A stretch of DNA of 63,109 nucleotides, filler included, from Rhabdomonas costata (Eukaryota): the NCBI GenBank assembly GCA_019059605.1. It is 29 parts of 29 records of this genome, joined end to end, with 100 filler letters (N's around TTAATTAATTAA, not from the genome) between each part and the next. Parts side by side here need not be neighbours in the genome. Positions count along the whole stretch, not along the records: positions 39,253 to 41,327 come from JAHMHO010005820.1; positions 41,428 to 43,507 come from JAHMHO010005821.1; positions 43,608 to 45,682 come from JAHMHO010005822.1; positions 45,783 to 47,861 come from JAHMHO010005823.1; positions 47,962 to 50,039 come from JAHMHO010005824.1; 24 more parts are not named here. One strand, written 5' to 3'. Under the pieces are notes generated by a model, which was not told the origin of the DNA, ran no database searches, and was given only the letters and a program-made list of their open reading frames with translations. Both the position numbers and the translations under genes were made by a program. This document shows positions 39,558-50,039 of this stretch, piece by piece. The first letter of the stretch is position 1, and every line of letters starts with the position of its first letter.

Positions 39558-41327
39558 GTGGCTTTGAAAAGTTCTACAAGAAGGGGAAGAAGGGAGATGT
39601 AAAGCCGACGTCTTCGGGCGAATCTGGTCAAGTGCGAGATGAACCGCGTTCAGAGGAGAAGCGGGATGAGGGCAGATCTGCTGAAAAACCAGAGGACAAG
39701 AATGAGCAGAGCGACGAAAAAACTTCCAAGTCGAACGAATCAACGTCTTCTCGCCCAAAAGAGCAACCGGGGACTGCCAAAGGTCTGCCTGTCTTCTGTT
39801 GTTTGTACTGCTCGGTTCATGTACTACTTTTTCATTCTTTCATTCTTTCATTCTTTTTTTCTTTCTCCTTGTTTTTTTGCCAGAACGAGAGTCCCAAGAG
39901 AAAAGAGATCAACAAAAGGGTCCCACGAAGCACACACTGGGTAAGATCGAAATCAAGAAGCAACCTGTTCGAGACAGAGATGACAAAGAAGAGAACGAAC
40001 AGGATCCTGACGATGAAGAAGACCCTGCAAAGAAAAAGCAGAGGCATCTTCGGGGAATGCTGCTTGCCGTATCTGGCATGTGACCTTTTGTGACCTTTTT
40101 CCATGCGTCAAGCGCACCTCGCCTGAATCTTTGGACACTATTATGCCTTGCCGCTCCGCAGCCTTTGGCGTACTTTACCTCTACCTCCGGCAGAAGGATG
40201 TTCGTGAGGAGAAAATGTCGGGATCTGAGGTGGACTGGGATGCCCTGCGTAAGATGCTCTCCAACTCAGAGGTTCACGCTTCTGTAGTTTTTTCGGAGTT
40301 CTTTTCGAGGGCCGTACAATGAGGCCTCTTTAGAAATAAAAAAACCTGGGCTCATCTCAAACTCAAACTCAAAAGTAAGAACAATCCCCCACTAACAGGG
40401 GGGATCTTGGTCACCTTTTTTTTTACCAAAACCCTGCTTCAAAATGAACCCGTCTTCGGGGAAGACTAAGTCCCACTCCCCATTTATCAGTGACTGTGAA
40501 ACTCTGGTATGGTGCGTCTGGCCTCCTCCTCCGGCGGGGAGTTCTTGTGCTTTTTTGAATTTGTCTTCCCAGATTGCCCGCATCAGAATATACAACAACA
40601 CCATCGCCCTGGTGGAATCCACAGGATTCCCGCTGCCCAGCGGGATCCGTTTCGCGATTTCATCAGGTCCTCTGTTTGAGAGGCAGCTGGAGCAGCTCGA
40701 ATTGGAGCTCGGTGTGCCACTTTTCTGTGGTTGGCTGCAGTGCTGTGCATTTTGTTAAAGATCCTCATTGCATGTATTTGGGTTTTGTGGAGCCTGAGAA
40801 CCTCTCACTCCCCACATGCCGATGTTGTGAAACCTGGACGTTGGACAGTTACCCAACCCCCCCCGAGCGGTCGCTGCAGAAAACGTGAGTAGTGAGCTGC
40901 TGTGCAAAAGCGCATGCAGTTGCATTCTTGATTGAACCGGGAGGGGGGCGGGTTGTAAAGTAGCACCGGAGGCCTACCAGTACTTATATGGGAGCGAATG
41001 TCTGAAAATGCCAGCTCGCTCTCCTTTTTCTCTCCTATTTTTCATCCAGGCGGGACGCCATGAACGGTTTGTTGGTTTTCTTTCGCGTCAGGTTCCCTTC
41101 AACTGCTTCCCTGCGTAGGTATTTCCACCGACCACTTCGTTCCGGTCACCTATGCTCACAACCGGAGTCTGGGGCTGGGGGACCTCTTCATTTCCTGCCT
41201 GCCGGCGCTGTTCTTCCTTTGGCTGTTCCGCAACGCGGCCTCGGGGTTGCCAGGCGGAGGAAACCCCTTCAACAACAAAAAGAAATTCACATTTACTGCT
41301 GCTAAGAAGGTTGCTGCCCACCCCCCA
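39558..41327 (+). CDS. Mitochondrial m-AAA protease (AFG3/YTA12/paraplegin, FtsH family), N-terminal part
   Basis: Exons 39558-39782, 39884-40075, 40162-40271, 40573-40711 and 41119 onward: GFEKFY, TM1, EVDWDAL...RFAISSGPLFERQLEQLELELGISTDHFVPVTY (FtsH_ext-like), TM2, then GGGNPF preceding the AAA domain. Confidence 0.82.
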
Positions 41328-41430
41328 NNNNNNNNNNNNNNNNNNNNNNNNNNNNNNNNNNNNNNNNNNNNTTAATTAATTAANNNNNNNNNNNNNNNNN
41401 NNNNNNNNNNNNNNNNNNNNNNNNNNNTGT

Positions 41431-42114
41431 TTGTTGGATTCGTTGATCACGAAAGAAGAGTTTGAGCGGCTGCTGAAGTTTGATTCTCTTTTCTATGAGT
41501 TCGGATTGACTTCCTGTGATCCGGACTGTGCCAGTGTGTCGGTTTCCACTCGCGTTTCTCGCTTCAAGGTTCACGCGGCGCGCACTACTGCAAAGGTGAA
41601 CATGATTGCGACCCTGTGCTCGCACAAGGGCGACAAAACGTTCGAGAACGCCACGTTTGTGCAACAACAGGGAAGCTGTTTCTGCATTGACGTGTTGTAT
41701 CCTTCACCTGGGAAATACACGTTACAAGTTTTTGCAAATACCACCGAAACAAGCTCATTGGTGGGCAGCTACTCTTCGATCTTCTCCTACAGTATCACCT
41801 GCAGCATGGATAATCCGCGTGTTGTTCTGAATTTTCCGCAACAGTTTCCCGCGTACGCAGATGTCGGTGCAGTTCTGCGTACTCCGAGGATTGGACCATT
41901 GAAGAGTGGAAAGGTGGTTCCTTTCAAAATCTCGAGCCTCATTTCTGCTGATTTTGCAGTGGTGACCGGTGAGCAGTGGACCCATCTGGAAAGGAAAGCC
42001 GATGGAACTTTTGAAGGTGACGTGGCGATTGGTACAGCTAATGCCACTGTGTACTACAGGGTGGGTAGATTGGGCAGCTATTCCGGTTTGCTAGAGTTCA
42101 AAGTAGGGGAGTGA
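41431..42114 (+). CDS. C-terminal Ig-like domains of a KY (kyphoscoliosis peptidase)/transglutaminase-like protein, 5'-truncated
   Basis: 227-codon intronless ORF with YPSPGKYTLQVFA, FPQQF, LRTPRIGPLKSG, WTHLE...FEGDV and YSGLLEFKV*, the typical pattern of KY-family C-termini. Confidence 0.7.
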   Translation: MLDSLITKEEFERLLKFDSLFYEFGLTSCDPDCASVSVSTRVSRFKVHAARTTAKVNMIATLCSHKGDKTFENATFVQQQGSCFCIDVLYPSPGKYTLQVFANTTETSSLVGSYSSIFSYSITCSMDNPRVVLNFPQQFPAYADVGAVLRTPRIGPLKSGKVVPFKISSLISADFAVVTGEQWTHLERKADGTFEGDVAIGTANATVYYRVGRLGSYSGLLEFKVGE

Positions 42115-43607
42115 GGGTTTTTCCGCGGATCGTTACGCAGCTCATAACTCAGCAGCAAGTGTCCCAGACTTTCGCGCCCAATTGTGCATTTTTGTATTTT
42201 CACCAACAGTGCTTAGTTCTTCGTTGCGATCATAGTCCTTGGCCCAGTCTTTACCTTTACCCTTTACATTGATGCTCTCCTGTGCTTGCTTTGTACCTTG
42301 GTTATGGTGTGGTTTGTTGCTTCCAATTCTGTACCGTGGAGTTTTGTGTTTTGAAACTAGGCCGATTCTTTCTTCTTTTGCTATAATGGGCTTGTGGTGG
42401 TTTGTGAGGGGGGGGGGGCTGGACCCCACCTTGTCTGCGTGGTGTTTTCTGAGGTGTACATGTGTTTTGTCTCTATGAGGACATGCACATCCTTTTTACC
42501 GATCGTGTGGACGTTTCCGATTTCAAGCGATCGGGATCTCAGCTTCATCTGCTTCCTGACCTGCCTTCATGGCCTGCAAGGCGCCTTGATTTATGTTTTA
42601 GCCTTCCAGATAAGGTTGGCTACACCGTTTACTCAGACGTCATCTTTTCCAGCTCTGGCCGTGTCACAGCGATAAAATCGCGTGCGGACGCCCATCGGTA
42701 TTTTGAACGTTGCAAGCACTTCAACCAAAAACACACTCACGTACACATAAATCTCTGGTTTCCGCGATGCAGCTTACGATTTGAAAAGAATGGGGGATGA
42801 ACGGCTGGCGCATAGACCCCCGAGTTGAAGTATTTCAACTTCTGCTGTGGTGCTGAGGACGGCTTCCACTGCGGTGAGGTCCGCGGTTTCTTCCCTGCAA
42901 CACATTCCAGCGTGCTTTGTTATGCTATGGCTCATCTGAACATCCCAAGCAAGCCGTGGATCTGACCGATCTCATAACAGTCCCACAGAGTTTGATGAGC
43001 CGGTCAGCGAACAACCGTCAGCTTCGCTGAGGAGTAGAGAAAAAGACCTGTTTCTGTCGCTGGTTGACAGTCCCTCTTCAAAATGTTTTTCTCTTAATCG
43101 ACTGCATGCTGGCCGATCTTTGAGTACCATTCCCTTGTCCTGTGGACATGGCAAAGACGAAGGCCAGCCGAGGGAAACGGGAAGCCCCGCGCGACCGGCT
43201 TCTCCGGAAGCTCGACAAGCCCACGGTATGCACCGGGCTCTGTGCGGTACGTCGCTGACCCTTATCCCTTATCCTGTGACCCCACGGTGTTCTGTGGCGT
43301 TTTGTTGTATGCGATTGGGACCGTTACTGTGCCCCTTTTGTCTGTCCCACCGCATTGCGAGGTGACCTTTAAGTCAACAGGTATGTCTCCCTTTGAGATA
43401 TTTTTCAGCTGCTGCTGCAAAGCTGAAAAGGAAGGAAGGAGAGAAAGAAAATCTCAAAGACCTCGGGCTACTTAAACACCTCTTGGAGGTCATTTTGACC
43501 AAAACCCNNNNNNNNNNNNNNNNNNNNNNNNNNNNNNNNNNNNNNNNNNNNTTAATTAATTAANNNNNNNNNNNNNNNNNNNNNNNNNNNNNNNNNNNNN
43601 NNNNNNN

Positions 43608-43853
43608 ACGCACCAGGTCGTTTTCCCACCAGAACGCCTCTGGCCGGCTGACCTCCGTGGGGAAGGTGTACAGGGGGCCACTCTCATTCAGGAAAGGGGG
43701 AAGGGCCCGCATGGTGGTTTGGTTGACGTAGGAGAACGTCGTTACGCTGGAGTTGCTCGCGGCCGGGTCAGGGGTGCCCACCACCATGTACATGGTGTGC
43801 TTGAGGGTGTTGGCCAGTATGTCCACGTTAAACCAGGTGTAGAACAGACTCAC
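43608..43853 (-). CDS. Exon of an unknown protein, possibly a receptor extracellular region
   Basis: GC3-rich open frame LFYTWFNVDILANTLKHTMYMVVGTPD...SRPEAFWWEND with several N-x-S/T sequons. Confidence 0.35.
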
Positions 43854-45881
43854 GCCCGCGGCAAGGGAGGGACTGCTTTTTGTGTGAGAGAGGGGGGTTT
43901 CGAACGAAGCAAAGCGAGGTTCCGTTCGTGATGTCTGCAGTCACCAGAAGCTTGCACGAAGCGGCGTGGCGGTGCTAAAAATGGGTGTTTGTCAGTGTAT
44001 GTTTGTGCGTGTGTGGGCGCGTTTCCAAAAGGCTCCACACACACCTCTTCGCCTTCAGTTTCAGATGATCTATGATGCGGATATTTGGCCACCCTTGTGG
44101 GCTCGACAGGACCATTGCCACAAAACAGATTCCTCACAGTTTGCACTTCTCTCTTGTGTGTGCTTGATGCTATTGAGCACCAGCACTAGAGAGGGCCGCT
44201 CAAGGAAGGTGTAGACCAGGCAACAGGTCTTTGAGAAGTGCTTTTCCGTGCGATTGTGGTGTGCTCGTGCCTGCAGGCGAGTAATATCAGCCGCTGACCA
44301 GGGAGTGACTCCGCTCGGGAGGTCCTCACCCCCGCCAAGGCGAAGGTCAGACCCCCCGTCCTCCAGTGCGGGTACAACGTTTCCATTTCTGCACCCGTCC
44401 CTGTAGTGACTTAGTTGGGCTGTTCTTTCTCAATGGTATATTCCGATGTTCTTGAGGTTTCACACAGGAAACTGACCCGCTGGCCTCCACTGCGATGATT
44501 CTGTGGACTGGTGTTGACTGGTGGAAAATCGACCGCCTGCAAACTGTTTGGTGGGCAGCATAACCTTCAGGGTCTACACTGCGTGCCAAAGTGAGGGAGG
44601 GAGGGAGTTTGCGAGAAGGCAAGGAAACCGATCAGGAGGCAAGGTGATCGCTAGGTTGTCTCCTTCGCGCAACCCCTAACCCTTTCCCGAACGGCAGGGG
44701 TGATATATGCTTCAGGCACAGGCCAATGACTATTCGTGGACTTTCCGTCTTGGGATTCCGCTTTCAGAAAGCTGAAAGAGCTAAGAGGAAGGAGATGTCG
44801 TGGACGAGAGTCTCGAAGCCGCCGGCGCGACTAAGAAGAAAGTGGTGCTAAATAAATACCTTCATCGCGAGGTAAGCGTTGACGAATGCGAAACACTTTT
44901 CACAAGGATCGGGATTTCTCCCACCGCCTGCAAGAATTGTCAGTTGTATCCGCCCTGCCTCATCCTGGATGCATCCTCAAGGAGAGACCAAACCTTACGA
45001 GCGAGAAGCACGTGTATGCACCGGATGCCCGAGCACTAACAACCCTGCGCATATCAGCAGTGTCAACGGCTTCACGGGCAGCGGTACAACTGGCACGCCA
45101 TCTGCCGCCCCCCGTGCATGAAGTGCTGCTCAGCTGACGACGATCGCGACAACGGGGCGGTGATGGCGGACACCGACAAGGCGCTGGTCGAGTTCGAGGT
45201 GGCAGAAACACCCAACGACACAGTCTTGGGCAGAGATCCCTACAAGCCTGATTGCACCACACAGTTCCCCAGGGCAAACACACATTTAAACAAACAATGT
45301 GTGTCCGGTATAATACACAGTACTTCCCTGCCGTGACAGTGGGCGCGGGGCGCAGCTCCGGAGAGAAGCAGATAGAAAAAGTGCATGAGCTGGAGGGGGG
45401 CGGCGTTTGCGTGGCGTGGCTGATGCCCACTCTTTGCCCACGGGTCTGAGTGGTCAGGAGCTCTTCAACGCCAACCGGAACAGGGACAATATGTCCTTGT
45501 CTTGGATGGCGCGGAAGAGCAAGTGGAATGTTCTTCGTTAACGTGCGATCACGCGAGCCCGAAGTGATGTGGCAGGAAGGTGGGATCCCACACGCTGGCA
45601 GTACCTGCAGATTCAAAAAAGCTCACCTCCAGGCTGAGCTTGACCGTTAGCACGCCTAATATTCGGGATATAACCACAAACCNNNNNNNNNNNNNNNNNN
45701 NNNNNNNNNNNNNNNNNNNNNNNNNNTTAATTAATTAANNNNNNNNNNNNNNNNNNNNNNNNNNNNNNNNNNNNNNNNNNNNTGAGTTGGGAGTGTTTGG
45801 GTTTTTTTGTGATCCGCATAGCATATATGTACAGATGCACTGCCATGTGAGATTAGAACCTTTGTTTTGAGAGATGCTACG

Positions 45882-45939
45882 CTGATGTTTCACGACGGTC
45901 TTCTGATCCTTCCATGAGCGATTCCACTTTGCGTTCTGA
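45882..45939 (+). ncRNA. Box C/D snoRNA copy 1 (snR73/SNORD35-equivalent guide), degenerate box C
   Basis: CTGATG - TTTCACGACGGTCTT - CTGA (D') - ATGAGC (C') - CTGA (D). The guide is complementary to LSU rRNA AGACCGUCGUGAGA. Confidence 0.75.
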
Positions 45940-46016
45940 TGTTGGATCTCTGGTACTTATTCTTATTCCGTTTGCCGACTGCGAAGTATTGATGCCTGGA
46001 TGCATTTTCATTTGAG

Positions 46017-46082
46017 ATCTTAACTTTGTTTTGAACGCTGATATAGATGCATATATATCAGCGTTCAAAACAAAGTTAAGAT
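46017..46082. repeat. Perfect 29-bp-stem inverted repeat followed by a 10-nt duplication (AAGTTAAGAT)
   Basis: ATCTTAACTTTGTTTTGAACGCTGATATA - GATGCATA - TATATCAGCGTTCAAAACAAAGTTAAGAT. Confidence 0.9.
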
Positions 46083-46290
46083 AAGTTAAGATGCAAATAT
46101 GTGGTGGGATTCATTCTAACACGCGTGATGACAACCAGAAAGACACAGCAGCTTCTCAAAATTGAAATGGAAAATGAAAGTGGAGCAGTCAGCCCATTTC
46201 TTGCGGAGATACTTATCCGTGAAAGTCGCTCTGTGCCTTCAAAGCGCTGATTATCTGGTCGGATGCTATTTCTCCTTGCGCTCCCCTACG

Positions 46291-46348
46291 ATGATGTATC
46301 ACGACGGTCTTCTGATCGTTCGATGAACGATTCCACTTTGCCTTCTGA
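46291..46348 (+). ncRNA. Box C/D snoRNA copy 2 (snR73/SNORD35-equivalent guide)
   Basis: ATGATG - TATCACGACGGTCTT - CTGA - ATGAAC - CTGA, with a 12-nt perfect complement to LSU helix 93. Confidence 0.88.
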
Positions 46349-47335
46349 TTGCGAGTCCCTAGTGTTTTTCGTTTGTCACGTGTGCAGCGGCGGGAATGGT
46401 GGGTTCGGGTTGGGATAAGGTACCACAAAATGTCATAATTCATGGGGAATGTAAGGGCGGCATGGGGCAGCGGCTGCCACAATCATGGGAACTAGAAAAA
46501 CAGACTTTGTACGCTCAATCTGAGAAAGGAGATTTCCAACGGAAATTCTTTTGGTCCTCAGAAACCGTCATTCCACGTACGTAGCGGAAGTCACAGTCAC
46601 TGCGGAGACACTTAAACCAACAAGGAGGCATCGTTCAAGAGCGACAAAGAAGAAAGAGGGAGAGTAAAAGAATCCTAAGGCAATGAGAAAAGGAGACAGA
46701 CGAAACCCGGCATGGCCTCCGCCTCCCCGGTCCCCCCCGCTCGCTCTTGTCCAAGGGTGTATGTGTTTCGTAAAGCTCCGAATGTTTCACATGGGTTGCG
46801 CGTCGCCGCTTCGCGGAGGGCGCGAGTGAGTACCAGGGGTCCCTTGGATTTCTGTGGAACCTTATTCGAACCCGTCAAATGCGTTGAACCTTATCCGAAC
46901 CCGAACGGGAATAGTTATAAGAATATGATTTCAATGGTCCCAGTTCCGCCCCCTATACTTTTTTCTTTTCTTGATGGGTTGGCGCCCCAGCTGACACCCT
47001 TGTTTTTGTTTCTCTTTTTGAGCTCTTTTGAAACTTATTCCTGCTTCGTGGAGGGGGGAGGTGCTTATCGGTCTTGTCCTTGGAGGTCGGTCCGGGAGAG
47101 AATGCACAAGTATATGACTTGCTTTTTTTTCTGTGCCAGGGTAATTCATTGACATTGGCAGTGCGTTCAACCTTATTTTCAGGAACAGAAAGTAGCAGTC
47201 GTTGTCATTGTCAATGAAAATGTCAAGGTTTTCATGGGTTCTCAAGGAGCGGAGGAGCGGAGTGGAGCCCCAGAAGAGCTTTCAGTGCCAAGCCATAACC
47301 ACGCTTTGCGCTTTAGCGTTTCGGAAAACCCGTGG

Positions 47336-47391
47336 ATGATGTTTCACGACGGTCTTCTGAACGTCTCATGAACGATTCAACTTCATTCTGA
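47336..47391 (+). ncRNA. Box C/D snoRNA copy 3 (snR73/SNORD35-equivalent guide)
   Basis: ATGATG - TTTCACGACGGTCTT - CTGA - ATGAAC - CTGA. Boxes and guide are conserved while the flanks diverge. Confidence 0.88.
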
Positions 47392-47961
47392 TTTTTCTGG
47401 TTGACGTCGTCGTCGGTCCGACAGGATATAAAGTTTGGATCTGTGTTGATTCCAGTTCGCATTCATCTTTCTCTGGCGAGGATGGGTGCCTCGCGAGGTG
47501 ACCGAAAGGGGTGCAAACCGGCAAAACAAGTCGGCAGCGATCCATCCATGGCGCTCTGAGAGGGCTTTTTTGTTGCACACCAAATCAACCTGAGACGTTG
47601 ATTTTGGTGCGCATCAATGGAGCAACCAGGGTGCGCTGCGTTTGACCACTTTTACCATGTTTTACCAAAGACCACCTCCTGATTCCCATCGCGATCTTTT
47701 CTTGTTTTGGATTGGGAAGGCAGAACGAGCTTCCCAGTGGCCGGAATGACAACCTCCAAGTCACGGCTTTTGCACCCGTTTTGTGTGGTGGTTTGAGTGT
47801 GCGCGTTCACTGCAGGGGGGCCCTCCCCGCTCGCCCCCCGCCGCTCTGTGGCTTCCCCGGANNNNNNNNNNNNNNNNNNNNNNNNNNNNNNNNNNNNNNN
47901 NNNNNTTAATTAATTAANNNNNNNNNNNNNNNNNNNNNNNNNNNNNNNNNNNNNNNNNNNN

Positions 47962-48089
47962 TCATTATGATTGATCATTATGATTGATCATTATGATTGA
48001 TCATTTTGACTAGTCGTTTTGACTAGTCATTATGATTGATCATTATGATTGATCATTTTGACTAGTCGTTTTGACTAGTCATTATGATT
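47962..48089 (+). repeat. 13-bp tandem array with higher-order structure (A A A B C A A B C A)
   Basis: A=TCATTATGATTGA, B=TCATTTTGACTAG, C=TCGTTTTGACTAG. Truncated by the contig start. Confidence 0.95.
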
Positions 48090-48610
48090 TTTTGAAATTA
48101 AAATTTTTTGATCAAGGAATTATTTATTTTATTTAAATTAAATTTATTAAAAATTTATTTAAAAAAATTATTAATAACAAAAATTCTTAATGATAAAAAT
48201 TATTTACAATAAAAATAATAATAAAAATTATTAGATATAAAATAGTATGAAAAATTAACATATTGAAATGATACAATAAAATGTTGTCTTGCGTCAAACT
48301 GATCAAAATGACTACGTTATTTTGATCGCGGCCGGCCGGTTATCCTGCCTAATTTGCATATTAGACATGCTACAACATAGTATTACGTCTTCGACGTAAT
48401 GGCCGGCCTGGTCGCACTACCTAAGTTTTTTACTTTTTCACACTAAAATTTAATCCGCGAAATATTCATATTGTTTTTTCGCGAATTCAATATTAAATAT
48501 TCATTACTTTGACAATTTATCATGCTAAAAAATATTCATTAATTTGACATTTTTTCGTACATGTAAATATTCATATATGTATGTATGTATATAATAACAG
48601 CATCCTAACA

Positions 48611-50039
48611 ATGGCAAATACTAAGAAAGGAACCGAATATGAAATATTTATTAATGATTATTTATGTACATTAGATACAACATTAAAATCTTATTTATGG
48701 AAAAATGTTCCTGAACAAATTCTTCATGAAGCTAATTTAATTACTGATTACAATAAACATAGAATTAATAAAAAAATTATACGACATAGCACAGATGATA
48801 ATAAAGATGATAAAATAAATACATTACAAGATATTGGTATTGATATCGTTGTTCATACTAAAGATAATACATTTTATTTTGTTCAGTGTAAAAATTATAC
48901 AAATACAATTCAAGTTGATAATATATCTGGTTTTTTACTAATTATGTATAGTCATCTTAATAAATTAGGCTATCTCTATTACACAGGTAAAGTATCAAGA
49001 ATTTTAATTGAACATAAACCAGAAAATTTTATTTATGTTGAAAAAGAATATGTTAAACCAATTATAATTACATCACAAACATATAATTTATATGATTATC
49101 AGCAAAAAATTAAAAAATTATATGACACTTATTATTCTGTAGAACATAACAAGAATACAATTGATGATAGTGATTTATCTGATGATGAAAGTAATTTATC
49201 AATGAACAAAAGATCGATTTTATCCTTGCCTTGTGGATGCGGAAAGACTATATTAGGTTGTTTTATTAGTATGAATTATAACATTGTTATATTGATTACA
49301 CCATTAAAACAATATGCAGAACAAAACATCGAAAAATATAAATTGTATGATTCATCAAGAAAAGCTTTACTTATTGATTCAGACGGTTCACGTGATATTG
49401 ATGAAATTAAAGAATTTATTAAAAATAATGAAAAAGTTTTATTAAGTGTTACCTATAGATCTTGTGACATTATAAATTTATTATTAAAAAATAAAACTTC
49501 ACAACTTAAAGACGTTAATAATGAAATGAACAATGTTTTTATTATCATTGATGAATTTCATAATTTAAGTTATAATAATATTTATGATGAAAATGATAAT
49601 ATAAATCAAATTATTCATAGTGATAATTATATGTTATTTATGAGCGCAACACCAAGAATTTATGAATTAGAAGATAATGATGATATTGAAGTTGAAAGTA
49701 TATTTGGTGAAATGGTTTATAAAATGGATTTCAATGAAGCAATAACAAACGGATATATATGTGATTATGAAGTTATTTTACCAGTTATTAAAGATTCAAT
49801 GGACGATTTAGATATAATGTCGGTTGGTATTAGTCAAGAATTAAGTAAAGAATTCGATAAAAATGATTTATTATTTCAAAAATGTTGTTATTTATATGAA
49901 TGTATAAAAAGATATGGTCTAATGAAATGTATATTATATTTTAGAGACTCATCTGAAATTAAAACATTTATTGATAATTTTAATGTAATGAATGAGTATT
50001 TTAACTATGAATATGATATTGACAAAATTACACACAAAC
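48611..50039 (+). CDS. Mrr-like PD-(D/E)XK endonuclease fused to an SF2 (ResIII/DEAD-like) helicase, giant-virus-like; 3'-truncated
   Basis: Intronless, extremely AT-rich ORF (alternative start 48581). Nuclease motifs KGTEYE and DIGID...VQCKNY; helicase motifs LYDYQ (Q motif), LPCGCGKT (Walker A), IIIDEFH (Walker B), FMSATP (motif III) and EAITNGYICDY. Confidence 0.88.

Noticed and set aside
47962-48089. CRISPR array
   Set aside because: The units are contiguous 13-mers with no unique spacers, and no cas genes are visible.
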